This document shows, piece after piece, positions 36,600 through 46,554 of a stretch of DNA of 64,000 nucleotides (position 1 is the first letter of the stretch; the number at the start of each line of letters is the position of its first letter). The position numbers and the translations under genes were made by a program. The stretch comes from an uncultured Chitinophagaceae bacterium (GTDB taxonomy: Bacteria; Planctomycetota; Planctomycetia; Pirellulales; UBA1268). The DNA lies in contig CAZPEM010000001.1 of assembly GCA_964585575.1 (NCBI GenBank), forward strand, positions 4,994 to 68,993. Reading direction: 5' to 3'. Below the pieces are notes generated by a model. The model did not search any database, was not told where the DNA came from, and saw only the letters and a list, made by a program, of their open reading frames with translations.

Positions 36600-37292
36600 T
36601 CAAGGGACACGCGGGGCCGCCTCCAGCCGACGATAGCGGATGCCCCGAACCTCGCCCACGGTCGCGTATGTGGCGATTCCCAGAGGCCGCGACGCCTCCA
36701 CCTCCTCGCGAATGGAGACGACGTGACCCTCGAGGGGCTGGTCGATGATCGTCTTGCCGTCGAGGTCGCAGGTGATCCTCGCGGGTGTCACCCGGATTCG
36801 CACGGCATACCATCGCCCCTTCTCGAAATCTCGTATCTGCGTCGTGGCGTTGCGGGAGGCATCCTTGCCGTCGATGCTCGAGAGGCCCACGACGCCACCG
36901 CCCCAGCCACCGAGGATCAGGCTGCAGGGATCGTCCCCAACGGGAAACGTGATCCCGCAAAAGAAGTCACTTCCATCAACGCGGCGGGCCTCGAGTTCGA
37001 TCTCGTAGTGCTGCTTCGGAAACTCTTTCGACCACGTGATGCCGGTCATGTCGGAGCCCATGTCGAGCCGGATCGCCCCCGACTCGACGCGCACCTCCCC
37101 TTCCCCGCCAAACGGTGTCGATTTCCATCCGCCGAGCGACGTGCCGTCGAAAAGCGGGATCCAGTCCGACGGTTCCGCCGCACCAGCCACGATCGGGATC
37201 GCGGCCGCCAGGAACGTCGCGGCAGAAAGCCGGAATCGCCGAGCGGAGGCCGCGGCCCCCCAGAATCGAACACCGCGGGATGGATTGCGCAT
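36600..37292 (-). CDS. Secreted DUF1080 (3-keto-disaccharide hydrolase-like, concanavalin-type) domain protein
   Basis: The probable start is the ATG at 37292, reading MRNPSRGVRFWGAAASARRFRLSAATFLAAAIPIVAGAA (signal peptide). DUF1080 hallmarks are present: WIPLFDGTSLGGWK...YEIELEARR...VRIRV. Confidence 0.75.
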   Translation of the reverse strand: MRNPSRGVRFWGAAASARRFRLSAATFLAAAIPIVAGAAEPSDWIPLFDGTSLGGWKSTPFGGEGEVRVESGAIRLDMGSDMTGITWSKEFPKQHYEIELEARRVDGSDFFCGITFPVGDDPCSLILGGWGGGVVGLSSIDGKDASRNATTQIRDFEKGRWYAVRIRVTPARITCDLDGKTIIDQPLEGHVVSIREEVEASRPLGIATYATVGEVRGIRYRRLEAAPRVP

Positions 37293-37432
37293 CGAGGAAG
37301 CATACCGCCGGGGGCGAGGGCGGGAAATCCGGTTTTTCAGGGCCGGCCGGCCATCCCCCACAGGGCCTTGCTGAATAACTGAAATCCTGTACACTCATGT
37401 GCGCACGATCACCATTCACGCAGGAGATAGCC

Positions 37433-39007
37433 ATGCTCGCCCGCCTCCAGACATTTTCCCTCTTCGGCATCGAAGCCATCCCCGTCGACGTGGAGGTCGA
37501 CGTATCGGCCGGAGCCCTGCCCGCGACGTTCCTGATCGGCCTGCCGGACGCCGCGATCCGGGAAAGCACGCCGCGACTCGCCCGCGCGATGGTCAACTCG
37601 GGCTTCTCCCGACCGAACGACCGCGTCGTGATCAATCTCGCCCCGGCGGAGCTGCCGAAGCAGGCCGCGACGTTCGATCTTCCGATCACGCTCGGAATCC
37701 TCGCCGGCAGCGGACAGTTTTGCTCGGACCGGTTCGATCAATACGCCGTCGTTGGCGAACTTTCGCTCGAGGGGCACACGCGACCGGCCCGCGGGGCGCT
37801 GTCGATGGCGATGGCGGCTGCACGCAACCGCGGCCTGCGGGGGGTGGTCGTGCCGTCGGCGAGCGCCACCGAGGCCGCCGTCGTCGAGGACATCGAAGTA
37901 ATCCCGGTGGCCTCCCTCACCGAGGCCGTGAAATTCTTCTCTGGCGATCTCGACATCGCCCCTGCGCCGGCCCGCGTGGATGAATGGTTTCATCGGTTTT
38001 GCGCGAACGACATCGACTTCGCCGACGTCCGCGGTCAGGAAGCGGCGAAGCGGGCGATCCTCGTCGCAGCCGCCGGCGGGCACAACGTGGCGATGGTCGG
38101 GCCGCCCGGCGGCGGCAAGACGATGCTCGCAAAGCGGATTCCGACGATTCTGCCGCCGCTCTCGGCGGCGGAATCGATCGAAACCACGAGGATCTACAGC
38201 GCCCTCGGCCTCATGCCGCCAGGACAGCCTCTCGTGACGATCCGCCCGTTCCGGGCGCCGCACCACACGATCAGCGAGGCCGGGCTCGTCGGAGGCCGCT
38301 CGATCCCGATGCCCGGCGAGATCTCGCTGGCCCACAACGGCGTGCTCTTTCTGGACGAACTGCCCGAGTTCAATCGCCGCACGCTCGAGGTGCTCCGCCA
38401 GCCGCTCGAAGACGGGGCCGTGACGATCTGCCGCGCGAAATCAAGCACCAGGTTTCCGGCCGATTTCATGCTCGTCGCGGCGTTCAACCCCTGCCCCTGC
38501 GGCTACCGCGGCGATCCGCGCCGCGACTGCCAGTGCACGGCCCCGCAGGTCGAAAAGTACATGGGAAAGGTCTCGGGCCCGCTTCTCGACCGGATCGATA
38601 TTCACATGGAGGTTCCGGCGGTGCCCTTCCGCGAACTGTCGGCGGCACGCGCGGGCACCTCGAGCAGCCAGATGCGCGACGCCGTGCTCGCGGCTCGCGG
38701 CCGTCAGGAGGCTCGCTTCAAGGCGTTGGCAGCCGCTACCAGCCAGACAGGAGCCGCCGGTCAAACAACGCGTTCGAACGCGAGGATGACGAGCCGTCAG
38801 ATTCGCGAACACTGTCCGCTCGAGCCGGCGGCGACGGAGCTCCTGCGGGCCGCCGTCAGCGATCTGGGCCTTTCGGCGAGGGCCCACGACAAGGTCTTGC
38901 GGGTCGCCCGCACGATCGCCGATCTCGACGAATCGGAGATGATTCGCCCCGCCCACGTGAGCGAGGCGATCAACTACCGGGTTCTCGACAGGTGCCTGTG
39001 GACGTGA
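37433..39007 (+). CDS. YifB/ComM-family Mg-chelatase-like AAA+ ATPase
   Basis: MLARLQTFSLFGIEAIPVDVEVDV is the typical N-terminus. Walker A (MVGPPGGGKTMLA), GVLFLDELPEF, and a C-terminal Mg_chelatase_C region (SARAHDKVLRVARTIADL). Confidence 0.9.
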   Translation: MLARLQTFSLFGIEAIPVDVEVDVSAGALPATFLIGLPDAAIRESTPRLARAMVNSGFSRPNDRVVINLAPAELPKQAATFDLPITLGILAGSGQFCSDRFDQYAVVGELSLEGHTRPARGALSMAMAAARNRGLRGVVVPSASATEAAVVEDIEVIPVASLTEAVKFFSGDLDIAPAPARVDEWFHRFCANDIDFADVRGQEAAKRAILVAAAGGHNVAMVGPPGGGKTMLAKRIPTILPPLSAAESIETTRIYSALGLMPPGQPLVTIRPFRAPHHTISEAGLVGGRSIPMPGEISLAHNGVLFLDELPEFNRRTLEVLRQPLEDGAVTICRAKSSTRFPADFMLVAAFNPCPCGYRGDPRRDCQCTAPQVEKYMGKVSGPLLDRIDIHMEVPAVPFRELSAARAGTSSSQMRDAVLAARGRQEARFKALAAATSQTGAAGQTTRSNARMTSRQIREHCPLEPAATELLRAAVSDLGLSARAHDKVLRVARTIADLDESEMIRPAHVSEAINYRVLDRCLWT

Positions 39008-39148
39008 CAGTTGCGATTTTTACGTAGCAGGTTCCTGTGGGAGTGATCGGGCCACGAGCCCGGCAACGTTTCTCTCAGGACCAGCGTTCCGGCCTCTTTG
39101 GCCGAGCTGTCTGGACGTGATGGTTTGACATGTGCGACAACGAAAGGG

Positions 39149-39979
39149 ATGTCGTTCTCCCTGCCAAGCCTGCGGCCGTCGGCCATCGGTTCGCGGAGCC
39201 TGCTCGCGTTGGCCGCGATCCTCGCGGCCTGCGGCTGCGCGGCGACGCTCGTCGACCTGCCGGTGGCACGATTTCTTGCCGACACGCGCCGCCCTGCCGA
39301 CACGCGCCGCCCTGCCGACACGCGATCACCAGCCGGCGACAACCGCCTGAGACCGCCGGGGGCCGACGTCGCCCCGGAGCCGCCTCCTCGGGAATCGAGA
39401 CGGCTGCCGGGGGACCTCGTCCGGCTCGTGAACCTTTCGGAGGTGTTTGGATACTCGCCGTCGGCCGCGATCATCCTGCTTGCCGCGATGCTCCTCGATC
39501 CGTCGCTCGTTCGTCCGACGACATCGCGGTCATTTCGGCTGGCATCAACCGGTCGCGCGACGTTCAGGGTGCCGGCGCTGGTCTCTCCGGACGCGATCCG
39601 GATGGTGGGCATGACGTTCACGGGCGGCCTCACGACCGACCTGCTCAAACTCATCATCACCAGGGTGCGGCCGTACGCCGCCAATCTCGACCTGCATGCG
39701 ACGGCGTTGGACACCTTTTCGAATATCGAAGGCGTGAGCGGAGTCGCCATGCGAAGCTTTCCTTCCGGCCATGCGGCCGTGGCCGCCGGTCTCGCCTCGG
39801 CGCTCTGTTGGCGATACCCGAGGGGGGCGGCTCTGTTCGTCGCCATCGCCGCCGCCGCCGCCGCACAGCGGCTCACGTCGGGCTCACATTACCCGAGCGA
39901 CGTGGCGGTTGGCGCCGCGATTGCGGTGGCATGGGCGGCCGCGTGGATTTGGTCGGCCGAGCGGAAGAATCCTGGCTGA
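39149..39979 (+). CDS. PAP2-family (type 2 phosphatidic acid phosphatase-like) membrane phosphatase
   Basis: PAP2 motifs are present: KLIITRVRP, SFPSGHAA, SGSHYPSDV. The start is uncertain (ORF opens at 39098). Confidence 0.8.
   Translation: MSFSLPSLRPSAIGSRSLLALAAILAACGCAATLVDLPVARFLADTRRPADTRRPADTRSPAGDNRLRPPGADVAPEPPPRESRRLPGDLVRLVNLSEVFGYSPSAAIILLAAMLLDPSLVRPTTSRSFRLASTGRATFRVPALVSPDAIRMVGMTFTGGLTTDLLKLIITRVRPYAANLDLHATALDTFSNIEGVSGVAMRSFPSGHAAVAAGLASALCWRYPRGAALFVAIAAAAAAQRLTSGSHYPSDVAVGAAIAVAWAAAWIWSAERKNPG
39278..39324. repeat. In-frame 18-bp tandem repeat (2.6 copies) encoding ADTRRP within the PAP2 gene
   Basis: gccgacacgcgccgccct occurs twice (39278-39295, 39296-39313), followed by the partial copy gccgacacgcg. 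Confidence 0.9.
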
Positions 39980-40044
39980 TTCGATTGGCAGAGGATACCG
40001 CACCGGGTAAACTTTCGCGGACAACGCATGGAGGAAGAAGAAAC

Positions 40045-40512
40045 ATGGCTGTCCAGCGAAAGGCGAAGAAGGCTGCTGCGGACGTTCCGGTGGCGGCGGA
40101 ATCCACTCCGCAGGTCGCCGCCGCGGCTGCCAAGCCTCGGTCGGCAGCGAAGCGAGTGCTCCTCGTCGATGACGACGTCGAGATCCTCGAGTCGATGCGG
40201 ACGCTGCTCGAGGCCCGCGGCTACGAGATCCTGATGGCCCGCGACGGCAATCAGGGGCTCGTGATGGCCGAGCAGGAGGAGCCCGATCTCGTCGTGCTCG
40301 ACATGATGATGCCCAAACGGAGCGGTTTCCTGGTGCTCGAGAAGCTCCGTCGCTCGCGGCCCGTGCCGGTCCGCGTCATCATGATCACGGCCAACGAAGG
40401 CAGTCGCCACAAGGCCTATGCCGAGATGCTCGGGGTGGACGACTACATCCGCAAGCCGTTCGCCATGGACCGGCTGCTCGACAGCGTCGATCGGCTGCTG
40501 AAGACGAATTGA
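40045..40512 (+). CDS. Single-domain response regulator (CheY-like receiver) with Lys/Ala-rich N-terminal leader
   Basis: ATG 40045 lies within ORF 39130-40512. Receiver motifs are present: VLLVDDD, the phospho-acceptor region DLVVLDMMMP, ITAN, YIRKPF. There is no adjacent histidine kinase. Confidence 0.85.
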   Translation: MAVQRKAKKAAADVPVAAESTPQVAAAAAKPRSAAKRVLLVDDDVEILESMRTLLEARGYEILMARDGNQGLVMAEQEEPDLVVLDMMMPKRSGFLVLEKLRRSRPVPVRVIMITANEGSRHKAYAEMLGVDDYIRKPFAMDRLLDSVDRLLKTN

Positions 40513-40779
40513 CGAGTCGAAGCCGTCGATGCCTTGATTCGTCGGCGGTCTCTCCATGCTTCGCTCGTATTATGCGTCGCTCGTGCCGCTGCCGGATCAG
40601 CTTCGCGGTCCGCTCGCCATGGTCGGAGAGCTTTATCGGTGTGCTGGCCCGGGCCATGCACGACCGGCGAAATGCGGGCAATCTCGGCAATCTGCGCGGC
40701 AGAGATCTGGAATTGACCCGTTTTTCAGCGGGCAATACATTCCGACGGCTCGTCAAACTCCGCCTGAAAAACCCTCGCT

Positions 40780-42675
40780 TTGAATGCCTCGATGACCATC
40801 GGCCGAGATGATGCCAAGGACCGCGTGAGGGAGGCCACGGACATCGTGGATCTCGTCGGCAGCTACCTGGCTTTGCGGCGGCAGGGCAAGGCCATGGTCG
40901 GGCTCTGTCCCTGGCATGACGACTCCCGGCCGAGCCTCACGGTCAACCCGGAGCGTCAGACCTTTCGCTGCTGGGTCTGCAATCTCGGAGGCGACGTCTT
41001 CAGCTTCATGATGAAGATGGAGCGAATCGAGTTTCCCGAGGCGCTCGAGATGCTCGCATCGCGGGCCGGTATCGAACTGCCGAAGGCCGGCCGTGCCGGG
41101 CCCGGGACGAGTGAGAAAGCGGAGCTTTTCCGGCTGCTCGACTGGGCCGCAGGCCGATTTTCCAGGGCTCTCGAGTCGCTCCCGGCCGCGGAGGCGGCCC
41201 GTCAGTACGTCGCAGCACGGGGATTGGCGGCCGAGGTCGTGCGACGCTTCACGATCGGCTTCGCGCCGAACGAGTGGGACTGGCTCGTCCGGCAGGCGTC
41301 GGACAACGGATTTTCCATGCAAAAGCTCGCCGCGGCGGGCCTCGCGGTCGAGCGGCAGGGCTCCGCGGGCCACTACGACCGGTTTCGCAACAGGCTGATC
41401 TTTCCGATCCGGGATTCGGCCGGCCGGTGCATCGCCTTCGGTGGCCGCGCACTGCCGGGAGCGGCTGCCGACACGGCCAAGTACATCAACTCCCCCGAGA
41501 CGCCGCTCTTTTCGAAGAGTTCGACGCTCTACGGCCTCGACACCGCCCGCGACGCGATTGCCAGGAAAGGCCGGGCGGTCGTCGTCGAGGGCTACACCGA
41601 CTGCCTCGCCGCCCGCCAGGCGGGCATCGACGAGGTGGTCGCCGTGCTCGGCACGGCGCTCGGCGAGCGGCATGCGAGGCTGCTGCGGCGGTACACCGAT
41701 CGGGTCGTGCTCGTGCTCGACGGCGACGATGCGGGCCGGAAGCGGGCCGACGAGATTCTCGACATCCTCCTCGCGGAGCCGATCGACCTCGCGATCGCGA
41801 GGCTGCCCACGGGAGTGGATCCCTGCGACCTGCTGCAGGCCGAGGGTGCCGCCGCGTTCGAGGCGGTGATCGACTCCGCCTGCGACCCGCTCGACTACCG
41901 GATGGACGAGGTCTTTTCGCGGTTGCAGTCTGACCGCAACGCCGGAGAGCAGGCGATTCTCGCCGGGATCGAAAGCGTGCTCTCGGCGGTCGCCCGGGCC
42001 GGCTCGAGGCGTGGAGAGGGATCCCTCTCCACGTCACAGCGGCGGCTGCGGGAGGAGCGGATGCTCGCCAGGCTGTCGCGGCGGTTCGGGCTCGACGTCG
42101 CCGCACTTCGCGATCGGCTCGACGATCTTCGGAGTCGCTCGGATGGCAGATCGGCCCGCAGTACCTCAACAGAACGAGGGCCTTCCACCGAACGAGGGAG
42201 CGATCCGCCGCCGGCCACGGCTCCATCGGCTCCCCTGTCGCCATGGGATCGCGAGGTGCTCGAGGTGCTCGTCGGCGTGCCGGAGAGCGTGGGGGTGATC
42301 GTCCGCGAGGTCGCCGTGGACGAGCTCGAGTCGCCGGCCGTTCGGACCGTCTTCGAGGCCGCCCGCCGGCTCCACGGCGAGGGCCGCCGGGTCGGCCTCG
42401 TCGATCTGCTCGACGCGTTGCCCGACCCCGCGATGCAGAGCCTGCTGGTGGACGTGGACGAAACGAGTTCCTCGCGTGGCATTCACGATCCCCAGGAGCG
42501 GCTCGAGCACCTCCGCGAGGCCGTCCGCCGACGGTCGGCCCTGCGGATGGCCGGCCAGCACGCACGACAACTCAAGGGCAGCGGGCTCGACGCCGAGTCC
42601 GAGGCCGACCTGTTGGAACGACTCGTCGCGCAGCGGCGGGTGGCTCAGGGCATGACCGATCCCAAGGATGGGTGA
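40780..42675 (+). CDS. dnaG: DNA primase
   Basis: The zinc-binding region (CPWHDDSRPSLTVNPERQTFRCWVC), the TOPRIM domain (VVVEGYTDCLA...VLVLDGDDAGRKRA), and adjacency to rpoD. Confidence 0.93.
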   Translation: MNASMTIGRDDAKDRVREATDIVDLVGSYLALRRQGKAMVGLCPWHDDSRPSLTVNPERQTFRCWVCNLGGDVFSFMMKMERIEFPEALEMLASRAGIELPKAGRAGPGTSEKAELFRLLDWAAGRFSRALESLPAAEAARQYVAARGLAAEVVRRFTIGFAPNEWDWLVRQASDNGFSMQKLAAAGLAVERQGSAGHYDRFRNRLIFPIRDSAGRCIAFGGRALPGAAADTAKYINSPETPLFSKSSTLYGLDTARDAIARKGRAVVVEGYTDCLAARQAGIDEVVAVLGTALGERHARLLRRYTDRVVLVLDGDDAGRKRADEILDILLAEPIDLAIARLPTGVDPCDLLQAEGAAAFEAVIDSACDPLDYRMDEVFSRLQSDRNAGEQAILAGIESVLSAVARAGSRRGEGSLSTSQRRLREERMLARLSRRFGLDVAALRDRLDDLRSRSDGRSARSTSTERGPSTERGSDPPPATAPSAPLSPWDREVLEVLVGVPESVGVIVREVAVDELESPAVRTVFEAARRLHGEGRRVGLVDLLDALPDPAMQSLLVDVDETSSSRGIHDPQERLEHLREAVRRRSALRMAGQHARQLKGSGLDAESEADLLERLVAQRRVAQGMTDPKDG

Positions 42676-42746
42676 CGGTGCCCGCGTGGGCGGAGTCGCC
42701 CGCGGTGGTAGAGTGACGATGGTCCAGAGGCTAGGAGGGCATCTCG

Positions 42747-44456
42747 ATGCGGCAGCAAGATGGTTCGGCGAATCAACATCGATCGATCGGCTATACGGAC
42801 GGCGCGCTGGCAACGCTCGTCGAAACGGGTCTCGCGCAGGGGTATCTCACGTTCGACCAGGTGAACAACTACCTGCCTGACGAGGCGGTCGATCCTGAAA
42901 AGATCGACGCCCTGCTCGTGGCCCTCGAGGAGCGGGGCATCGACCTGGTCGACCAGCCGCCGCAGGTCGATGCAACCGCCGATGCGGTCGCGGAATCGTC
43001 TGCCACGCCGCCCCCGTCGAAACCGCGCCGCGAAGAGGCGATCACGACCCCGCCGTCGAACGCCGGCAACGATCCGATCAGGATGTACCTCGCGCAGATG
43101 GCGGAGATCCCGCTGTTGACCCGCGAGGAGGAGATTTCGCTCGCGAAGCGGATCGAGGTCACCCGCAAGCGGTTCCGTCGCGCGATCCTCGGCTCCGCTT
43201 ACGCGATGCACTCGACGGTGGAGACGCTCCGACGCGTGCACGAGGGAAAGCTTCCCTTCGACCGCACGATCAAGGTGTCGCTCACGGAGCGGCTCACGAA
43301 GGAGCAGATCCAGGCCCGCATGCCCCACAATCTTCGGACGCTCGACCACCTCATGGAGGAGAATCGGAAGGACTTCCGTCTCCTCGTCAGTCGTCGGACG
43401 AGCAAGGAGGATGCCCGCGCCGCCAGGGTCCGGTTCAAGCGGCGGCGGTCGAAGACGCTGCAACTCGTGGAGGAACTCAGCCTCCGCATGCGGCGGGTGC
43501 AACCGATGATGAAACTTCTCCGCGGCATGTCGGGCCGCATGGACCGGCTCCGCGAGGACCTCGCCCGCATCGCCGAGGGGCGGAGCTCTCTCGACGACCG
43601 CGCCGACATGCGGAAGGAACTCCGCGACCTGATGATGACCACGCTCGAGAGCCCGCGGTCCCTCCGCAATCGCGTCACGGCGCTCGAGCGGCTGCAGACC
43701 GAGTATGAGGCGGCGAAGCGAAACCTCTCCGCATCGAATCTGCGGCTGGTCGTTTCGATCGCGAAGAAATACCGCAACCGCGGCCTCTCCTTCCTCGACC
43801 TCATCCAGGAAGGGAACACCGGGCTCATGCGTGCCGTCGACAAGTACGAGTATCGCCGGGGTTTCAAGTTCTCGACCTACGCCACCTGGTGGATCCGGCA
43901 GGCGATCACCCGCGCGATCGCCGATCAGGCGAGGACGATCCGGATTCCCGTGCACATGATCGACGTGCTCTCGAAGCTCCGCACCACTGCCAAGCGGCTG
44001 CTTCACGAGCTTGGGCGTGATCCGACCTACGAGGAGCTCTCGCAGGCCGCCGACATTCCGCTCGAGGAGGCCCGACGCGTGCTCGACATGGGGCGGCAGC
44101 CGATGAGCCTCGACCGCCCCGTCGGCGAGAGCGAGGACGCGAGCTTCAGCGAGTTCGTCGAGGACATCGGCACGAGGAGTCCGACCCTCTCGGCGACGAA
44201 CGGCCTGCTGAAGGATCGGATCGAATCGCTCCTCAAGACCTTGACCTACCGGGAGCGTGAGATCATCCGACTGCGGTACGGCCTGAGCGACGGCTACACC
44301 TACACGCTCGAGGAGGTCGGCCGCATCTTCCGCGTGACGCGGGAACGCGTCCGCCAGATCGAGGCGAAGGCGGTGAAGAAGCTCCAGCACCCGGTCCGTT
44401 CGAGGCAGCTCGAGGGCTTCCTCGAAGGGACGGTCGTGGAAGAAGTCGCCAGCTGA
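42747..44456 (+). CDS. rpoD: RNA polymerase primary sigma factor (sigma-70)
   Basis: Regions 1.2-4.2 are present, including [30 protein letters not shown] and [15 protein letters not shown]...[20 protein letters not shown]. Confidence 0.95.
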   Translation: MRQQDGSANQHRSIGYTDGALATLVETGLAQGYLTFDQVNNYLPDEAVDPEKIDALLVALEERGIDLVDQPPQVDATADAVAESSATPPPSKPRREEAITTPPSNAGNDPIRMYLAQMAEIPLLTREEEISLAKRIEVTRKRFRRAILGSAYAMHSTVETLRRVHEGKLPFDRTIKVSLTERLTKEQIQARMPHNLRTLDHLMEENRKDFRLLVSRRTSKEDARAARVRFKRRRSKTLQLVEELSLRMRRVQPMMKLLRGMSGRMDRLREDLARIAEGRSSLDDRADMRKELRDLMMTTLESPRSLRNRVTALERLQTEYEAAKRNLSASNLRLVVSIAKKYRNRGLSFLDLIQEGNTGLMRAVDKYEYRRGFKFSTYATWWIRQAITRAIADQARTIRIPVHMIDVLSKLRTTAKRLLHELGRDPTYEELSQAADIPLEEARRVLDMGRQPMSLDRPVGESEDASFSEFVEDIGTRSPTLSATNGLLKDRIESLLKTLTYREREIIRLRYGLSDGYTYTLEEVGRIFRVTRERVRQIEAKAVKKLQHPVRSRQLEGFLEGTVVEEVAS

Positions 44457-44571
44457 CGCCGGTTCGACGGATTCGGTGGCCGAGGCGGGCGGGGGCGGGG
44501 CGCCCCCTCGCCCCCCCGAAGCCCGGAGCGGCCCGCTTTCTGGTATGATTCGGCAACCGGAAAGGGGTTTC

Positions 44572-45285
44572 ATGGCCGTCGTCGTCGTCACCGATCTGCT
44601 CCGTACGCTCCACCGCATGCACCGCCAGCTGGCCGACCTGCGTGATCGGCTCACCGGCGGCCCCCGCCAGGTCGCGGCCTTCAAGGCGAGGCTCGCCGCC
44701 TCCGAGGCTGCGCTCACCGCCGCCAACGACGCGGTCAAGAAGGGGAAGGTGACGGCGGATCAGAAGCAGCTCCAGCTTCGCAGCGCCGAATCGAAGCAGC
44801 GGGATCTGGAGGCGAAGCTGAACGCCTGCAAGACCAACCGGGAATACCAGACGCTCAAGGAGCAGATCGCCGCCGACTCGATGGCGATGAAGGTCCTGGA
44901 GGACGAGATTCTCGAGGCCCTCGAGCGGATCGACACGCTCAGGAAGGACGTCCCCCCGGCGGAGCAGCAGGTCGCCCAGATCAAGAAACTCGTCGCCGAG
45001 AAGGAGGACGAGGTGCGACGCGAGAAGGCGCAGCTCGAGGCGGAGGTCGCCAGGATCGAGGGGGAACTCGCCGCCGGCGAACGCGAACTCCCGGCCGACA
45101 TCGTCGAGGCCTATCGGCGTGCCGTGAAGACGAAAGGGGCCGACGGCATGGCGGTGATCGAGGGGGAGAGTTGCGGCGGTTGCTTTCAGAGGATCACCGA
45201 CATGATGATGTCGGAGGTCCTTCTGGGCCGGATGGTGATCTGCCGCGGCTGCGGCCGGGTTCTCTTTCCCGCCGCGCCGACGTAG
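44572..45285 (+). CDS. Coiled-coil protein with C-terminal C4 zinc ribbon (COG1579/DUF164-like)
   Basis: A long coiled coil ends in CGGCFQRI...CRGCGRVL. The start is ATG 44572 or 44545. Confidence 0.7.
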   Translation: MAVVVVTDLLRTLHRMHRQLADLRDRLTGGPRQVAAFKARLAASEAALTAANDAVKKGKVTADQKQLQLRSAESKQRDLEAKLNACKTNREYQTLKEQIAADSMAMKVLEDEILEALERIDTLRKDVPPAEQQVAQIKKLVAEKEDEVRREKAQLEAEVARIEGELAAGERELPADIVEAYRRAVKTKGADGMAVIEGESCGGCFQRITDMMMSEVLLGRMVICRGCGRVLFPAAPT

Positions 45286-45356
45286 GCCCATCGACTTCCC
45301 GGAATCCCGACCCGGAACAGCATCCAATCCCGAACAGTGAGGAACGATCCGTAGCC

Positions 45357-45839
45357 ATGTCGTCCGACCGCATTCCCATGACCCGTGCCGGATACGAGAA
45401 GCTCAAGGCGGAAGTCGAGCACCTCGACACCGTCGAGATGCCGAAGCTCGCCCAACGGGTGGCCGCGGCCCGCAGCGAGGGGGATCTCAGCGAAAACGCC
45501 GAGTACCACGGCGCCCGCGAGAGCCAGGGAATGCTCCAGGCCAAGATCAACCTGCTCCGGGACAAGCTCGCCAGGGCGGTCATCGTCGAACGGCAGAAGG
45601 AGGCAACGGGCGAGGTGGTCTTCGGTTCGACCGTCGTCGTCAAGGATCTCAAGTTCGGCGACAACGAGACCTTCGTGCTCGTCGGCGCCGGCGAGGAGGA
45701 CTACGACGCAGGCAAGATCAACGTGGCCAGCCCTCTGGCCCAGGGGCTCCTTGGACGGAAGGTCGGCGAGCGGGTCGCGATCGACGTGCCGGCCGGGAAG
45801 ATGCAGTTCGAGATCCTCGAGGTCAAGTTCGAGGATTGA
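45357..45839 (+). CDS. greA: Transcription elongation factor GreA
   Basis: ATG 45357. IPMTRAGYEKLKAEVEHL, GDLSENAEYHGARE, and the C-terminal FKBP-like domain (SPLAQGLLGRKVGE). Confidence 0.93.
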   Translation: MSSDRIPMTRAGYEKLKAEVEHLDTVEMPKLAQRVAAARSEGDLSENAEYHGARESQGMLQAKINLLRDKLARAVIVERQKEATGEVVFGSTVVVKDLKFGDNETFVLVGAGEEDYDAGKINVASPLAQGLLGRKVGERVAIDVPAGKMQFEILEVKFED

Positions 45840-46554
45840 TATCTTCCTCGAACAGCGCCGAGCCGACCCGCACGATCGTCGAACCCTCGAGGATCGCCTC
45901 GCAAAAGTCGCCGCTCATTCCCATCGAGAGTTCCTCGAGCGACTCCGCCCCTGGCGTGCCGCGAAGCGAGTCGCGAACCGCGCGGAGTGCCGCGAACTGG
46001 CTGCGGGCCAGCTCCCGGGTTTTCGCCACATCCGCCCCCTCCTCGGCCGCCGATGCCATTCCCATCAGCCCACGCACGCGAATGCCGCCGCAGCCGGCCG
46101 CCGCGGCCACGAGCGACGCCACGTCGCCGATCGCCGCGCCCGTCCGCTCGGCCCCCCCGTCGAGATTCGCCTCGACGAGCACATCGGCGACGCGGCCACC
46201 CGCACGGGCCTCGTCGTCGATCGCGCGCAGCAACCGGAGGCTGTCGATCGAATGGACGAGGTGCACGACCGGCAGCGTCCGACGCACCTTGTTGCGTTGG
46301 AGGTGGCCGATCAGGTGCCATCTCGGCTGCAGTCCCGCGGCCGCGAAGGCTTCCGCCTTCCTCCAGAGCTCCTGCGGCCGGCTTTCGGCGAGATCCCGGC
46401 AGCCGGCCTCGTACAGCGCCATCGCCGCCTCGATCCCCACGTACTTCGTGACCCCGACGATCCTGACGGCGCTCGGGTCCCTGCCCGCCTCACGGCAGGC
46501 CTCGGCCACCGAAGCCCTCACGGCAGCGTAGTTCTCGGCGACCCGCCGGAGCAT
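45823..46554 (-). CDS. yggS: YggS-family pyridoxal-phosphate homeostasis protein
   Basis: The internal start (ATG at 46554) of ORF 45823-46908 overlaps the upstream gene's stop (ATGA). Motifs: VRIVGVTKY (PLP Lys), WHLIGHLQRNK, LSMGMSGDF. Confidence 0.88.
   Translation of the reverse strand: MLRRVAENYAAVRASVAEACREAGRDPSAVRIVGVTKYVGIEAAMALYEAGCRDLAESRPQELWRKAEAFAAAGLQPRWHLIGHLQRNKVRRTLPVVHLVHSIDSLRLLRAIDDEARAGGRVADVLVEANLDGGAERTGAAIGDVASLVAAAAGCGGIRVRGLMGMASAAEEGADVAKTRELARSQFAALRAVRDSLRGTPGAESLEELSMGMSGDFCEAILEGSTIVRVGSALFEEDINPRT

Noticed and set aside
40513-40779. Hidden rpsU (ribosomal protein S21) gene upstream of dnaG.
   Set aside because: None of the six frames gives the basic S21 signature (ALRRFKR...EKPS..RKR). 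The ORFs present are short and compositionally non-coding.
44491-44515. GC-rich hairpin (gggggcgggg-cgccc-cctcgccccc, ~10 bp with one G.U pair) just after rpoD, as an intrinsic terminator.
   Set aside because: The stem is visible, but no U-tract follows. In such GC-rich DNA, G/C-run hairpins arise easily, so the evidence is not strong enough to call a terminator.
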